64,000 bases of DNA from the human T2T-CHM13v2.0 reference genome, Homo sapiens, in NCBI RefSeq assembly GCF_009914755.1, contig NC_060944.1. The stretch is one strand, 5' to 3'. The notes beneath the pieces were generated by a model that was given only the letters and a program-made list of their open reading frames with translations, was not told where the DNA came from and did no database searches. Positions 50,116 through 64,000 of this stretch are shown here, piece by piece (position 1 is the stretch's first letter; every line of letters starts with the position of its first letter). The position numbers and the translations under genes are program-made.

Positions 50116-52307
50116 CAGGGGGACACACAGCACAGCCTCCCTCCACTGCCAGGTCTCCCTTCTCCAGGGTCCTGGAGTCCAGGTAGCTGAGACGGAACTG
50201 GGGACACGGGGAGCGGTGGCCGGGGCTGGTGCTGCGTTGGGTGGGACGCACTCATACCCCTGCCTGTGGGCCCCGCTATGGATTCCCTGCCCCATGACGG
50301 GACGGCAAAGGGACATGGACCCCAGGCTCGAGCCAGCCCAAGGGAGACAGCAAGGGCACCGCCGTGAAACGCTGCCCCCAAAACACGTAGCGATGCCCAC
50401 ACCAGAAGGGATGCTTCATGCCACCGCAGGGCCCGAGGCCACACACGCTGCCTTTGGGAACAGAGCAGACAGGCAGTGGGAGCCTGGACAGTGGCTTCCG
50501 AGGCCTCCCAGTTGGCACCTTTTTGGGACAGGCTCCAGCACAGGGAGGGGTGAGGAGACAGCCCAGCGGAGGCACCTCAATGGCGACAGGGCCTGGGAGT
50601 GCCCTGGCCGGGCTGGGGGTAGGCAGAGAGGCCAGGGCAGCAGCTCCCCACAATGGACGCCAGACATGGCTCCCCGAACACCCTGAGCGCCAGGACCCCC
50701 ACCAGCCAGGGGCGTACGACCCTCAAATGCTGCTTTCAAAGTCCTCTCCCTCAGGACTGGTTCCCCTGCTGGCCTCAGGGCCTCAGGACCTCCCAGCCAA
50801 GCCAAGTGCACTGAAAACGCAGGTGGAGGAGAAACGGGCCCAGGACTCCCCTGCACTTGCTCTGCAGGAGTATTTGCGCCCACGACCCCAGCCCTGCTCA
50901 CTCCCAGGGAGGCCACTCTCCAGGGAGCCCAGGCCCGCCTGCGACGCCGTCACGCCAAATGCCAGATGCTCCCGGGGTCTGGTTCTTAAGTCTGGAGCTA
51001 GGGACTCGCTCCCGCATTAGAGCCGCCTGCCCCAAGGGCCACGGTGCCCACAACAGGACGGGCATGGGACGGTGCACCCGAGGCCCGAGACCCCAAGAGG
51101 CCCCGCTAAGGAATCGGTCAGTGGAGAAGGGGCCATCAGCTCCAGGGGGCAGGAGAGCTAGGGAGGGCGCACAGCTGGGCTGAGGTGGGAGTGGTTTCCT
51201 CCGGAAAGGCGGGGAGGGCGGCCCTGTGCTGACGGTGGAGGCTATCCTGGCCCGCTGCATCATGGCCCAGCCCTGCCCCAGGTCTGTCGGGGCACTGGTG
51301 GGACACAGGCGAGGTGGGGCCCTGGCTAAGAACTGTGAGGCCTGCTCACCAGGTGGGTCTCGCAGTGCCGGCACCCGGCCAGGGCAGTCAGGAGAGAGGG
51401 GAGGACTTGGGGTCCTGCCCCCCCGGTCTCCAAGGCTGGGGTGCTGCTGGCTCTCACGCACCCACAGAAAGGCCAGGGCGAGGCAGCTGGAGCCCCCAAG
51501 GACCCCCTTTTTGAAGACCCTTTGGAGCCGGCTCCCTGGCCCCACCGTGAGCCAGGCCCTCCCTCTGGAGGCCAAGACCAGAGGGCTGGACGTCCACTCT
51601 GGCTCCAGTTTGGTTCCCAGGCCCCACCCGCTCCTCGGCTGCAGGCGAAGGTCTCCACCTCGGGGCTGGCTTCCATGGAAAGAGCCCTCAGATCCCAGAA
51701 GGTACAGGGAGAAGACGCCAACCAATAGCTCTGTATTTGGGCGCCCCTGAGGTGGGGAACAGGAAAGCCCGCCGGGCAGGTCAGGTGTGAAGGCAGAGGC
51801 CACGCACAGCGGCCGGCCACACCCGCCTGTAGCTGCCCGGAAACCCCACCGGGACCCAAGGCCGCAGGTCCTCACCAAACAGGCCCGCCCTTTGCGCAGG
51901 TCCTCAGGGAACAGGCCTGCCCTTTGTGCCTCCCCTGGGCTCGGCTGAGACAACCCCCCGCCTGTTGCCACGCTGGCAACACCCCGTCATCACTCCCGCC
52001 CCTCCTCACACCGGGCTGATGTCGGCCGCGGCCCTGAGCAGAGTGGACAGGGCAGCCTTGCTCCTGCACGCTGCTCCTGGAGCCACAGGGCCCTGCCCAG
52101 CCCTCCAGCCCCTGTTGGAAAATAACTTTTGTAAAAGGTCACTGCCAGGAGCCCCCATCCTTCAGCCCACATGGGCCCCTCCAGGGCCCACCCTTCCCGC
52201 CACACTCAGTTACTGTAAGAAAAGGGCCCCAGAGGGTTCCCGCCTCAAAACCTCGGAGGCACCGTGCTGAGGAGGGCCGCGGGCGGGTCCACTGGCCCAG
52301 CGCCGCC

Positions 52308-53420
<1,113 letters not shown>

Positions 53421-53965
53421 GAGAGGTACAGGGAGGGGGGATCCCTGCTCCCTGGAAGCTGGAGGAGCGGGAAGAGGAGGCCCAGGAGCAGCTCTTCCTC
53501 CTTCCCAGACCCCTAGGGGCAAAGCCTCCAGCTCCACGGTTGGGGCGTGTGTTCAGAGCCAGGCCCTCCTGCTGCCCACCGTGGAACCCCCTTCAGGAAA
53601 GCCCCACAGGGCAGGACCTGGCAGTTCCTTACTCACTGCTCAGGCCCGGCTCTCAGAAGCAGGCCCCAAAACAAGGGTCCTCTGCGGTGGTTCCTGAGAA
53701 TGCACCCCCAGAAGACAGCGGCCAGGGTGTCGGGCAAGGAGGACAGAGAGGAGGAAGGCCAGGCAGGTACAACTTCCGGCACGTTCCACAAGGAACCCCT
53801 GAGGGATCCACCTCTCAGCAGCCCCCACCCAGGACTCCTGGGGACTTTGGCCCTTGGGTACTGTCAGGAGGGAAGGCACCCAGGCCGGGGGTGGGAGGCT
53901 CACGGTGGGGTGTGAGGGGTCTGCACAGAGCAGCTGTCAGTGGTGACAGGGCCATGTAAACCCTA

Positions 53966-54562
<597 letters not shown>

Positions 54563-54858
54563 CTATTGGCCCCACAGCCCACGGAGGGTCTCCCACTGCA
54601 GGGCCTGGAGCCCACTCCAGAGGATGCCCCTCCCCCTACCCGTGCCCACCCCGGAGCTTTACTCCTACGTAATGTGCCACTGAAGCCGTCGGCCCCACCG
54701 GGTCTGATGGGGACGGAGTTAAATGTCTGCGGCGGGGACAACAGAAGCAGAAAAGGCGTGAGAGCTGCGGCTCCATGCACCAGGACAAGGAGAGAAGGCC
54801 CAGAGCAGCACAGGAACCAACGCACAAACCAGAAGAGGGGAGACAAAGCTGCGAGGGT

Positions 54859-54996
54859 CTGTGTGTGCACGTGTGTGTGCACTCGATGTGCATGTGTGTG
54901 CCCTCATGTGCATTGCACAAGTTTCTGTGTGCACGCGTGTGCATGTGTTCATGTGTGCAAGAGTGTGCACGTTTGCGTGTGTGCATGTGTGTGTGT
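54859..54996 (+). repeat. (TG)-rich tract
   Basis: Low-complexity TG/CA sequence. Confidence 0.85.
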
Positions 54997-55371
54997 AGGA
55001 TGCAGAATTCAGCTGAGCTGATCTCCAATGAGGCCACAGGTCACTCATGACAATAAGAAGGGAGGGAGGCTCCTTTGCCCTCAGGGACGGGGGCTTCTGA
55101 CCAGTCTGGTATCCACAGAGTCACGGCCACTGCTGGGCTGGCAGGGGCCACCACGGTGGGTGTGCGCTGAGGCCTGCAGCTACGTGGGAACTCACTTGGA
55201 AACAAAGACCCTGCAGTAAGTCTACAAAAGCCCAGCTGGACAAGGGCAGCTCAAGACGGGGTGTGGCTGAGCAGGACCCACCCAGGAGAGGCCACAAGCT
55301 CCCAAGTCTCCCCTGGACTGGGGCCTGGTACATGAAGACTGCCCCACACCAGCCGACGGGGCCAAGTCCTC

Positions 55372-55638
55372 ACTTCCTGCCACTGGGCTGCCCTACCTGC
55401 CTCTGATGGTGGGGGAGGGACTTCCTGCCACTGGGCTGCCCTACCTGCCTCTGATGGGGGCGGGACTTCCTGCCACTGGGCTGCCCTACCTGCCTCTGAT
55501 GGGGGCGGGACTTCCTGCCACTGGGCTGCCCTACCTGCCTCTGATGGGGGCGGGACTTCCTGCCACTGGGCTGCCCTACCTGCCTCTGATGGGGGCGGGA
55601 CTTCCTGCCACTGGGCTGCCCTACCTGCCTCTGATGGG
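55372..55638 (+). repeat. 45-bp minisatellite ACTTCCTGCCACTGGGCTGCCCTACCTGCCTCTGATGGGGGCGGG, 6 copies (KCNQ2 intron 15)
   Basis: Units start at 55372, 55420, 55465, 55510, 55555 and 55600. The inner copies are identical. Confidence 0.96.
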
Positions 55639-57438
55639 AGGGGGGAGGGTGGGCCAGGGGTGTTATCTTCTTTCTGTTGCGAGAAACAGAGAGGGTTTCA
55701 GGCTCGCGTCGGCCACAGTGCAGCTCCTCATGCTCCGCGGGGCTTCATGCTGGACTCATGCAATAGGGCCAGGAGGGCGGGAGGGGACGGCGGGAGGGGA
55801 CCCTCTGGCTCCGAGCAGACGCCAGTGGCGATGGAGGAGATGGGAGTCCCTGGTGTTCGGGGCATCCACACAGTCCAGGCAGATGCTCAGCACCTTCGCC
55901 CCTGCCACATGACGGGCCGCCCGCCTGCTCAGTCCCAATAGGAGCCCTGGCCACGGGCTCAGCCTGGAGCTGCTGCTGGGGGCTCCTCCAAGGACCCTGT
56001 GCCCCTCCTGCCCTGGGCCCCTGGCTGGAGGAGACTTGATCCCTGAGTGCTCAGTGCCCCGTGAGGTGGGGCAAGCGCTCCAACTGTCTCCCTGGCCCCC
56101 TGTGTGAACCTGCACGTCTCCTAGCCACAAGACCGTCCGAGCTCACAGCTGTGGATGCCCAGCTGCTGTCTCTTGCGGCAAGGCACAGGAGGACGGAGGA
56201 CCAGCCCCAGGGCACAGCACTCTTGGGCATGGGGGACACCACAGAGCAGGGAACCCGGCAAACTCCGTCCGGGGCTACCCTGGGTTGGGCAGTAACAGAC
56301 ACGGCCCTGCCTGCTCCCAGAAACTCCGTTCTCACGGGAGGAGCACGGGGCTGACATGTCCAGTGCACAGACACTTGGCCTCACAGGCAGAAACCCCACC
56401 ACAGAGGGAGGAGGGGTCAGACTCACCCCAGACGCCGTCCCCACCAGCTCAGGCCTGGGCTTCATTTGCCCAGACACTGGCATTGGCTGTACCCAGAAAC
56501 TGTCTGCCCTGAGCTGTCAGGGAAGGCCAGGGGTCTATGCTCAGCCTCCAGGCCTCCGCCCCAGGGGCTCTACCCTCCCTCAGCCAATCAGACTTGCCAG
56601 AAGACAGGGAACCACCGTCATCTGAATAGTCCCTGGGAGGCAAGAAGGCCTTGGAAAGTCTGAGTTAATCACTAAAGAACTGGCTTCTGCCAGCTCACGT
56701 GGAGCTGGGCCGCACCTCTGTTCTGCCCATCAGCCGGGGCTCTCGCCAGCTCCCTTATCAAAAACACTAATTAGGATGCTGGCAGCTTGAAAGCCAGCAC
56801 CGGAGCTGCTGGAGCGCACGCCTGTGCCGGGCACCTGGCAGGCCTCTTCTCACGCTTCTTCCCGGTGGCTTAAGGGGTAGATGCTGTGACCGTCTGTATC
56901 TTCCACGAGAGGGAAGAGACACAGAGATGCGGCTCCACCTGCTCGGAGCCACCCAGGGCCCAGGTCTGGGCCGTGCACGTGGCCAGGCCCACCCCCACAG
57001 TGGGCAGGTGCTGAGGGGCAGGTCAGTGCCTGGGGAGGCTGGAGAGCCCTCAGCCAGGAGGGGCCTGTCCAGGGGGCACGGGCAGGGCCAGAGGGATGTC
57101 TGTGCAGGTCTGATGGCATCTGATCCTGGAGGTGCTGCCCGGGGGCCTCCCAACCCCAGAGGGAAATCTCACAGGGCATCCACAGAGCCCCCGGCTTCCC
57201 CAGGGCACTTGTCGAGAGGAGCAGTGGGGCCCCTGGCAGTCCTGATAGGGGCACAGCCTGCCTGGGGCCCTGGTGGAGGAAGGGCCTTCTCCCTCTTGTG
57301 GCTTTTTCAGGAACAGAGAAAACCCGAGTGTCCCCTCTGTCCCGGGGAAAGGGTGGTACAAGGTGCTGCCGTCATGTGGCCTGGAGCGAAGGGGCCGGCC
57401 ATTCCACAGACACGTCGGAGAGGCGCTGGCATCCTAAC

Positions 57439-57546
57439 CTAGGTGAGTACTGGGGTGACTCTCTCGGAGGGGCCGTGGGTCCTTTGGTGGGGTACTTCTT
57501 GTGCCGGGGAGTTGAAGGGGGCGGGGGACCCACAATCATATCTATC
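57439..57546 (-). CDS. KCNQ2: KCNQ2 alternative in-frame cassette exon (R-IDMIVGPPPPSTPRHKKYPTKGPTAPPRESPQYSP-R)
   Basis: Strong acceptor TCTTTTCTTGTTTACTCTGCCAG| and AG|GTTAGG donor. It is 108 nt, phase 2-2, matches exons 15 and 16, and has no stop. Confidence 0.85.
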   Translation of the reverse strand, partial: DRYDCGSPAPFNSPAQEVPHQRTHGPSERVTPVLT

Positions 57547-58704
57547 CTGGCAGAGTAAACAAGAAAAGAGACACCGGCGAAACGCATCGTAAAGCCACAG
57601 GAAATGAGGAGCTGGCCAGGAACTGGCGGAAACGGAAGCAACAGGGAGGCTCCGTCGAAACAGGTGCTCTCCCACAGAGGGTGTGGACGCCGCCTCGCTG
57701 GACCTTGGATTTGCCAAGTCCTTCCCGTGTTTCAAGCAAAGCTTTTGACTCGGGAGCGGGTGGCGGGCGGCCCCACTGCGGAGACCCGGGTGCCACGTCC
57801 CAGAGCGTGGAGTGCAGGGGAGGTGCCCGCAGCAGGAGCCGGTACCAGACAGGCCGCGGCGGGGCAACGGGAAACGCATTGTCAGGAGCCGGCCGAGGAC
57901 TCCTGGGGTCCTTGGGGTGTTTGCTTTGTTTTGTTTGTTTTTCCAGAGAGAGAGGGAAGGAAAGGGAAAATTTAGGACAAGAGATCCTGGTGAACAAAAA
58001 CAGCTGAAGTGAGAGAGATGTGGAGACAAAGCACAGAAGTCAAGACAGGAGGGCGTTCCGCACACACACGCACACGCACACGCAGCCAGGGTTGGCCGCT
58101 GCTCCAGAGAGGACGCTGGGAAAGAGGCCTCACAGCTGGAGCCCAGCGGGGTGAAGGGGATGGCTCAGTGGCCCCTGCACAGCAGGAGTGGGCTAAGGCC
58201 TGGAGGCGCCCCTTCCCTGGCCCCCTGAAGCAGGACTGGGCAGGAGCCCCAGGGTGGGGCTCTCGACTTCCTCAGATGAGAGCTTCACTCCCACTGGAGG
58301 GCCCGGAGTTGGGCTGTGACCCCCAGGCTGTCCCTGACCATCCCAGCCTTCTCCCTGTAACAGGGGCCCAGCCTCGCTTCCAGGGCTGAGAAACTGGTAC
58401 AGCCTTGGTTGGGGGGCCTGGGAGAGGGAGGGGACCCTGATAGGCAGGAGCATGTCCCCTACTGCAGGAGAGACTCTCAACAGCCGTGTGTCCCCATTAC
58501 AGGCAACATAAACACCCACTCGTGTGTATATCCTTGTTTGTATGTGCCTGAGGCTGCACATGTGTGGGCACGTGTGTGGACTTAGGGGACACCTATGCCA
58601 AGGAGGGCAGGTAGAAGAAAAGGTGCCAAGTAGCATAACTGATGCCTGGTGGGGCCCACGGGAACCCTGCAGCTTCATGTCTGAACAGAATTATTCCATC
58701 CCCA

Positions 58705-58892
58705 ACACACATGCACACATGTGTACACACATGTATGCACCCCACACACGTGCATACATGGCAGAGCAGAGCCACACGTGCATACAACCACACACATACA
58801 CCTGTGCAGAAGCATACATGTGTGCATGCGTGACTTACACACACACACATGCACACACACATTTTCAGGGACCCACACACACAGGTGCACGC
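58705..58892 (+). repeat. (CA)-rich tract (UG-rich in the pre-mRNA), downstream of the exon-15 donor
   Basis: Low-complexity CA/CATG sequence. Confidence 0.85.
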
Positions 58893-58947
58893 ACTTGCCC
58901 ACCGCGGTGTGGATGGGGGAGAGATGGGAGAGACAGCAGAAATATTA

Positions 58948-59313
<366 letters not shown>

Positions 59314-59750
59314 CTAGCACCTCTGAGACCTCGGCGCCTGGAGATGGCTGGACTTGCCCCTCTTGTCTGCCGCCCACCAGCTCCACACACAGAAGGGCCT
59401 TTATGTGGCCCTGCTCTGCCCGGGACAGGTGGGGCTTGCAGGCCTGGCCATGCCCCCTTGGACTCCATGCCACAGCAGGCAGAAGGTGGCTGAGTTGCTT
59501 CCTAAGCCAGGTGGAGCCCGGCCTCAGGCCTCTTGCTGAACCGGCATCCCACCCGAAACCCGCCTGAGTCCCAGAGGAGTGCACTCCAGGACATTCAGCC
59601 AGGTCCACCCGTGTCTTAGCCCTTTCTTTTCCCAGTAGACTCTGTCTCTGGGCGGCTCTGTCCAGCACCATGAGCACCGGCAGCAGGCAGGACCACCGAG
59701 CGGGAGGCCCCTCCTCACTCCCCCAGGCTCCCGGCTGGGCAGGGGCCTCA

Positions 59751-60035
<285 letters not shown>

Positions 60036-60104
60036 TCAGGACCTTCCCCGGCAGGCTGTGGCCACAGGGAGTGGCCGATATGGGGCGTCAAAGGACATTC
60101 TGGC

Positions 60105-60876
<772 letters not shown>

Positions 60877-60956
60877 TCATGGCCGACGCCGCCCATGCGC
60901 CGGAGGGAGACACAGGTCTGAAGAACAGCCAGCCACACGGGTGGCTCAGAGCAGGT

Positions 60957-61243
60957 GCCACGGGGACCGAGCACCCGGCGGGAGGGAGGGAGGGGAGGCC
61001 ACGGGGACCGAGCACCCGGTGGGAGGGAGGGAGGGGAGGCCACGGGGACCGAGCACCCGGCGGGAGGGAGGGGGGGAGGCTACCGGGGCCGAGCACCCGG
61101 CGGGAGGGAGGGAGGGGAGGCCACGGGGACCGAGCACCCGGCGGGAGGGAGGGAGGGGAGGCCACGGGGACCGAGCACCCGGCGGGAGGGAGGGAGGGGA
61201 GGCCACAGACACTGAGCACCCGGCGGGAGGGAGGGAGGGGAGG
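60957..61243 (+). repeat. 41-bp CpG/G-rich minisatellite GCCACGGGGACCGAGCACCCGGCGGGAGGGAGGGAGGGGAG, 7 copies (KCNQ2 intron 12)
   Basis: Period ~41 with near-identical copies, ~165 nt upstream of the exon-13 acceptor. Confidence 0.95.
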
Positions 61244-64000
61244 CTGGGTGGGCAGCAAGCTCCCCCGGCTGGCTCAGGCGTGGCCAGAGGTTGGCCATGT
61301 GGGGAGAGTTGATGTCTGTGGACTCTTAAATCACTTTCCGCTACCACCACGAGGTGCCGGAGCCTTCCTCACACTGTCCTGCCAGCCCCTCACCCAGTGA
61401 CACTCAGGGCAACGGGCATCCCAAACACCGGGGCTGTGGCTCTTCCTCGGGCACCTCTGTCTGCCCCGGCCCCGCCCGTGGTTTCCCCTGTGGCCTTTTC
61501 ACACCCGTAACTGCTCCCAGGAAGCAGCCTCCCTCCTCCCCTCCCACGGCCTGTCCCTCTCCTTCTGCCCCAGAGTCGAGGGGCCAGGGGACAACAAGGA
61601 CATTGGGGGCCAAGTCTGCGGTGGACCCTTGTTCAGCCACACTCCGGCCTTTCCACCCACCCCGGGGGCCTGCCTGGTGGGATGGGCTTCAGGAGGGCTC
61701 AGGCCTCCCCTGTCAGGCTCCCCTCCCACCAGGTCCGTGTCAGAGAACTGCTCCTTCCGGCTTCTGGAAGGAAGGAATGGATAACGGGGCTCCTCCGCCA
61801 GCTGGGCCTCACTATCCAAGTCCTGCCCCAGGGCAGGGGGAGGCAGCCTCCAAAGCCACAGCGCTGTGGCCCGGCCCCCTCGGCCTGCGAGGCGTGAAGC
61901 AGGATTTGCAGCTGTGTCTGGCTGGGTCTCCAGCTCCATACTCTCGGGGGGTCCTTGGGCCTGCCTTGCCCCCGAGTTTTTTGGTGACCGTGGAGATGGG
62001 TTTGCACCCGAGTTCTTCAACTCCAGCGTCCGCCGGGCGACAGTGAGGGGAGGGGAGGGTTCACTGTGGTTGGTGGTTGGGAGACGCCAGGCAGATGTGG
62101 CCTCCTGAGGTCTGGAAAGCATCAGAACCCCCTGGCTCCCTTGAGGACAGTGGGGCTCTCACGAACTGGGGACCCGCTCATGCCCAGCCATGCTTAGCAG
62201 CCACGGAACTTCTCAGGGTGGTTCTGGGCAGGGCCCAGAGCACTGTTGCTGGAGCCTGAAACAAGCCTTCGGGTGGGGAGGCCCCGCAGATCCCTGACAC
62301 ACTTCAGAGAGGAAGCCCAGTGCCTCACGGGCTCCCTGATCCCACGGCGGCTCCCCAGCCAACAGCGAGGGACTGAGGCCCCGGTCAGCAGCCACCATCA
62401 GCCCCGACTCCAGACCCACAGCCAGAGAGACACGCCCACCAGACGGCACAGAGATAACCAGCCACAGACATGAGAGCCCACCGCGCCCGTCTGCCTGGCC
62501 TGGACACGCGGATCGCTTGGCTGCCCCTCCCCACCCCATCCCCCAGGCAGCAGGTGACCGCCCAGACCATCTGTGCCCACTCAGCAGACCATCTGTCCCC
62601 ACTCAGGCGTCTCTGAGAGAAAGAAAGAAGCCCCTGGGTGTTGTGCCCGCTCGGGGAAGCAGAGACGGAGTGGCCGAGATCCCCCGAGTCCCGAGGCGTC
62701 GCGTGCTTGGGGACGTCAGGAGCCGATGGTACAGGCTCGCTCAGGACCCCAGTCCTGAGTCCACACCCCTGCACTGCCTGAGGCCAACACACCGTGCCCA
62801 TGGGGGCCAGGGGTGCTCAGAGTCCTGGTGCTGTGGGTGCCTCTGTCCCAACGGCCTCTGGTCCCCATCCCAACAACAAAAGCACAGGTGGTCGGGGAGA
62901 ACCGGACGGGGGCCAGGGGAGCACATGGGCACAGGCTCAGCGGGACTCCTGGAATGTTCTCTCTTTCTCCACCGCACGAGCCATTTCAAAGGCAAGAATA
63001 GGCCCCTCCTGACCCCGCTCAGGCAGGCCTCAGGGCAAGTGGGAGTCACTGGAAGACTCAATTCCTCTCTCTGCGTTTCCACCCGAGGCAGGTCCAGTCA
63101 CCAGAGAGAGAAGCAGCCACCTCCTTTCTCACGGCAGCTGGCAAAGCACCGGGTGGAGGACAGAGCCGGTCGGCCCAACTGTAGCTTCGGGGCTGCCCTT
63201 GGCTGGTCTCTGGGCAGAGCCCGGTGCTGAGGGCTTGCAGTGGGAAAGGCACAGCTTGAGGAATGGGCATCAGATTCCCACCTGCGGCCCCGGAGGGGAA
63301 CGGGTCAAATACCCAGGCGGCCACACAGACGTGCGGGCCAGGAAGGGTCAGGCCCCACAGTCCGCAGGGAGTTGCAGGAAGGGAGTGGCGTGGATTCCAC
63401 AGGCCCCAGGAGAGAAGACCCAGCCCCGACGTCTGCTTCCCATTTTTCAGGGGGGACCCCCCGCTGACCACGACAAGGAGCCACAGCCCCGCCAGCGGCA
63501 GACACACCCTGCTGGACCCGATGCCCAGCACAGCCCCAGGGGCCGCCGGGACGCAGCCCACGTGTACTGCCCCAGACAGAGCCGGCGGGAAGGAGCCTGC
63601 CCTGGCCTCGGCGCGGCCCTGCTGTCCCGGGTCTCGGGCTCCGCTCCCACCTCAGATCTGCGAGGGAGGCTCTGCCAGGAAGAGGAGGGTGGCGCGACCT
63701 GGACATGTCCTTCCCTCCCCTGGACCTCCACCATGACCCAAACTCTGCACCCTCCAAGCACAGCTGGTGAGGCTCCATGCTGCAGACACCCGACCCCGCC
63801 AGCCTGCCTCAGCTGCCAGGAGCACGCGTGGTCTCGCAGGCCCTCCCTCGGCCACAAGCCAAGAACAAGCGCACGCGAAAAGCTGCCGCCACCCACCTGG
63901 GAGGAGCCCTCGGCCAGAGCTGCCCTCTGTGTGCGAGGGGCGTCCGTGGCACCTACGCTTGGGGCTTACGGGGCCGGGGCAGGCTCAAGAAGCACCTGAG

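Larger units (their letters stand above)
45872..52307 (-). other. KCNQ2: KCNQ2 3' UTR (long form; distal end inferred)
   Basis: Follows the TGA at 52310-52308. I saw no canonical AATAAA or ATTAAA by eye before the AGTAAA at 45897. Confidence 0.55.

Noticed and set aside
50898-51971. 357-aa minus-strand ORF in the KCNQ2 3' UTR and other 200-350 aa GC-rich ORFs (1526-2569, 7492-8295, 9931-10860, 63199-63999)
   Set aside because: No recognisable domain, Pro/Gly/Arg/Ala composition expected at high GC, and mostly non-ATG starts.
55406-55912. ORF with a 15-aa repeat (GLPATGLPYLPLMGA)
   Set aside because: A consequence of the 45-bp period. It is antisense and intronic with no other coding evidence.
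61250-64000. Search for KCNQ2 exon 12 (KGSPCRGPLCGCCPGRS)
   Set aside because: Not found. This stretch is intron 12 and the exon should lie beyond the right edge of the window.

Overview
Human (or near-identical great-ape) subtelomeric, GC-rich DNA from the CHRNA4-KCNQ2 locus (20q13.33). Both genes are on the minus strand. The left end holds CHRNA4 coding exons 1-4 (nicotinic acetylcholine receptor alpha-4 subunit) and its CpG-island promoter, which a ~1.35 kb G/A-rich 24-bp tandem array splits in two. The right end holds KCNQ2 (Kv7.2) coding exons 13-17, a 108-nt in-frame cassette exon and a long 3' UTR. The ~40 kb between them contains a MER52-like solo LTR, an LTR47-like LTR, an MLT1 LTR, old L1 fragments, five Alus, MIRs, many minisatellites and several candidate neuronal enhancers. 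There are no rRNA, tRNA or CRISPR features, and nearly all long ORFs in the track are GC- or repeat-driven artefacts. I found no clearly new multi-gene system. The best leads are: (i) an 18-bp duplication of the CHRNA4 exon-4 donor that creates a second, stop-introducing donor; (ii) six tandem CCAAT (NF-Y) boxes amplified just upstream of the TATA-like box of the solo LTR; (iii) the polypurine promoter VNTR, with an antisense ATG ORF encoding a Gly-rich repeat peptide; (iv) the KCNQ2 exon-15 splicing hub (GC donor, read-through tail, KCNQ3-like cassette exon); (v) a strong distal poly(A) site ~11 kb past the KCNQ2 stop. Repeat family names and literature links are from memory and have not been verified.
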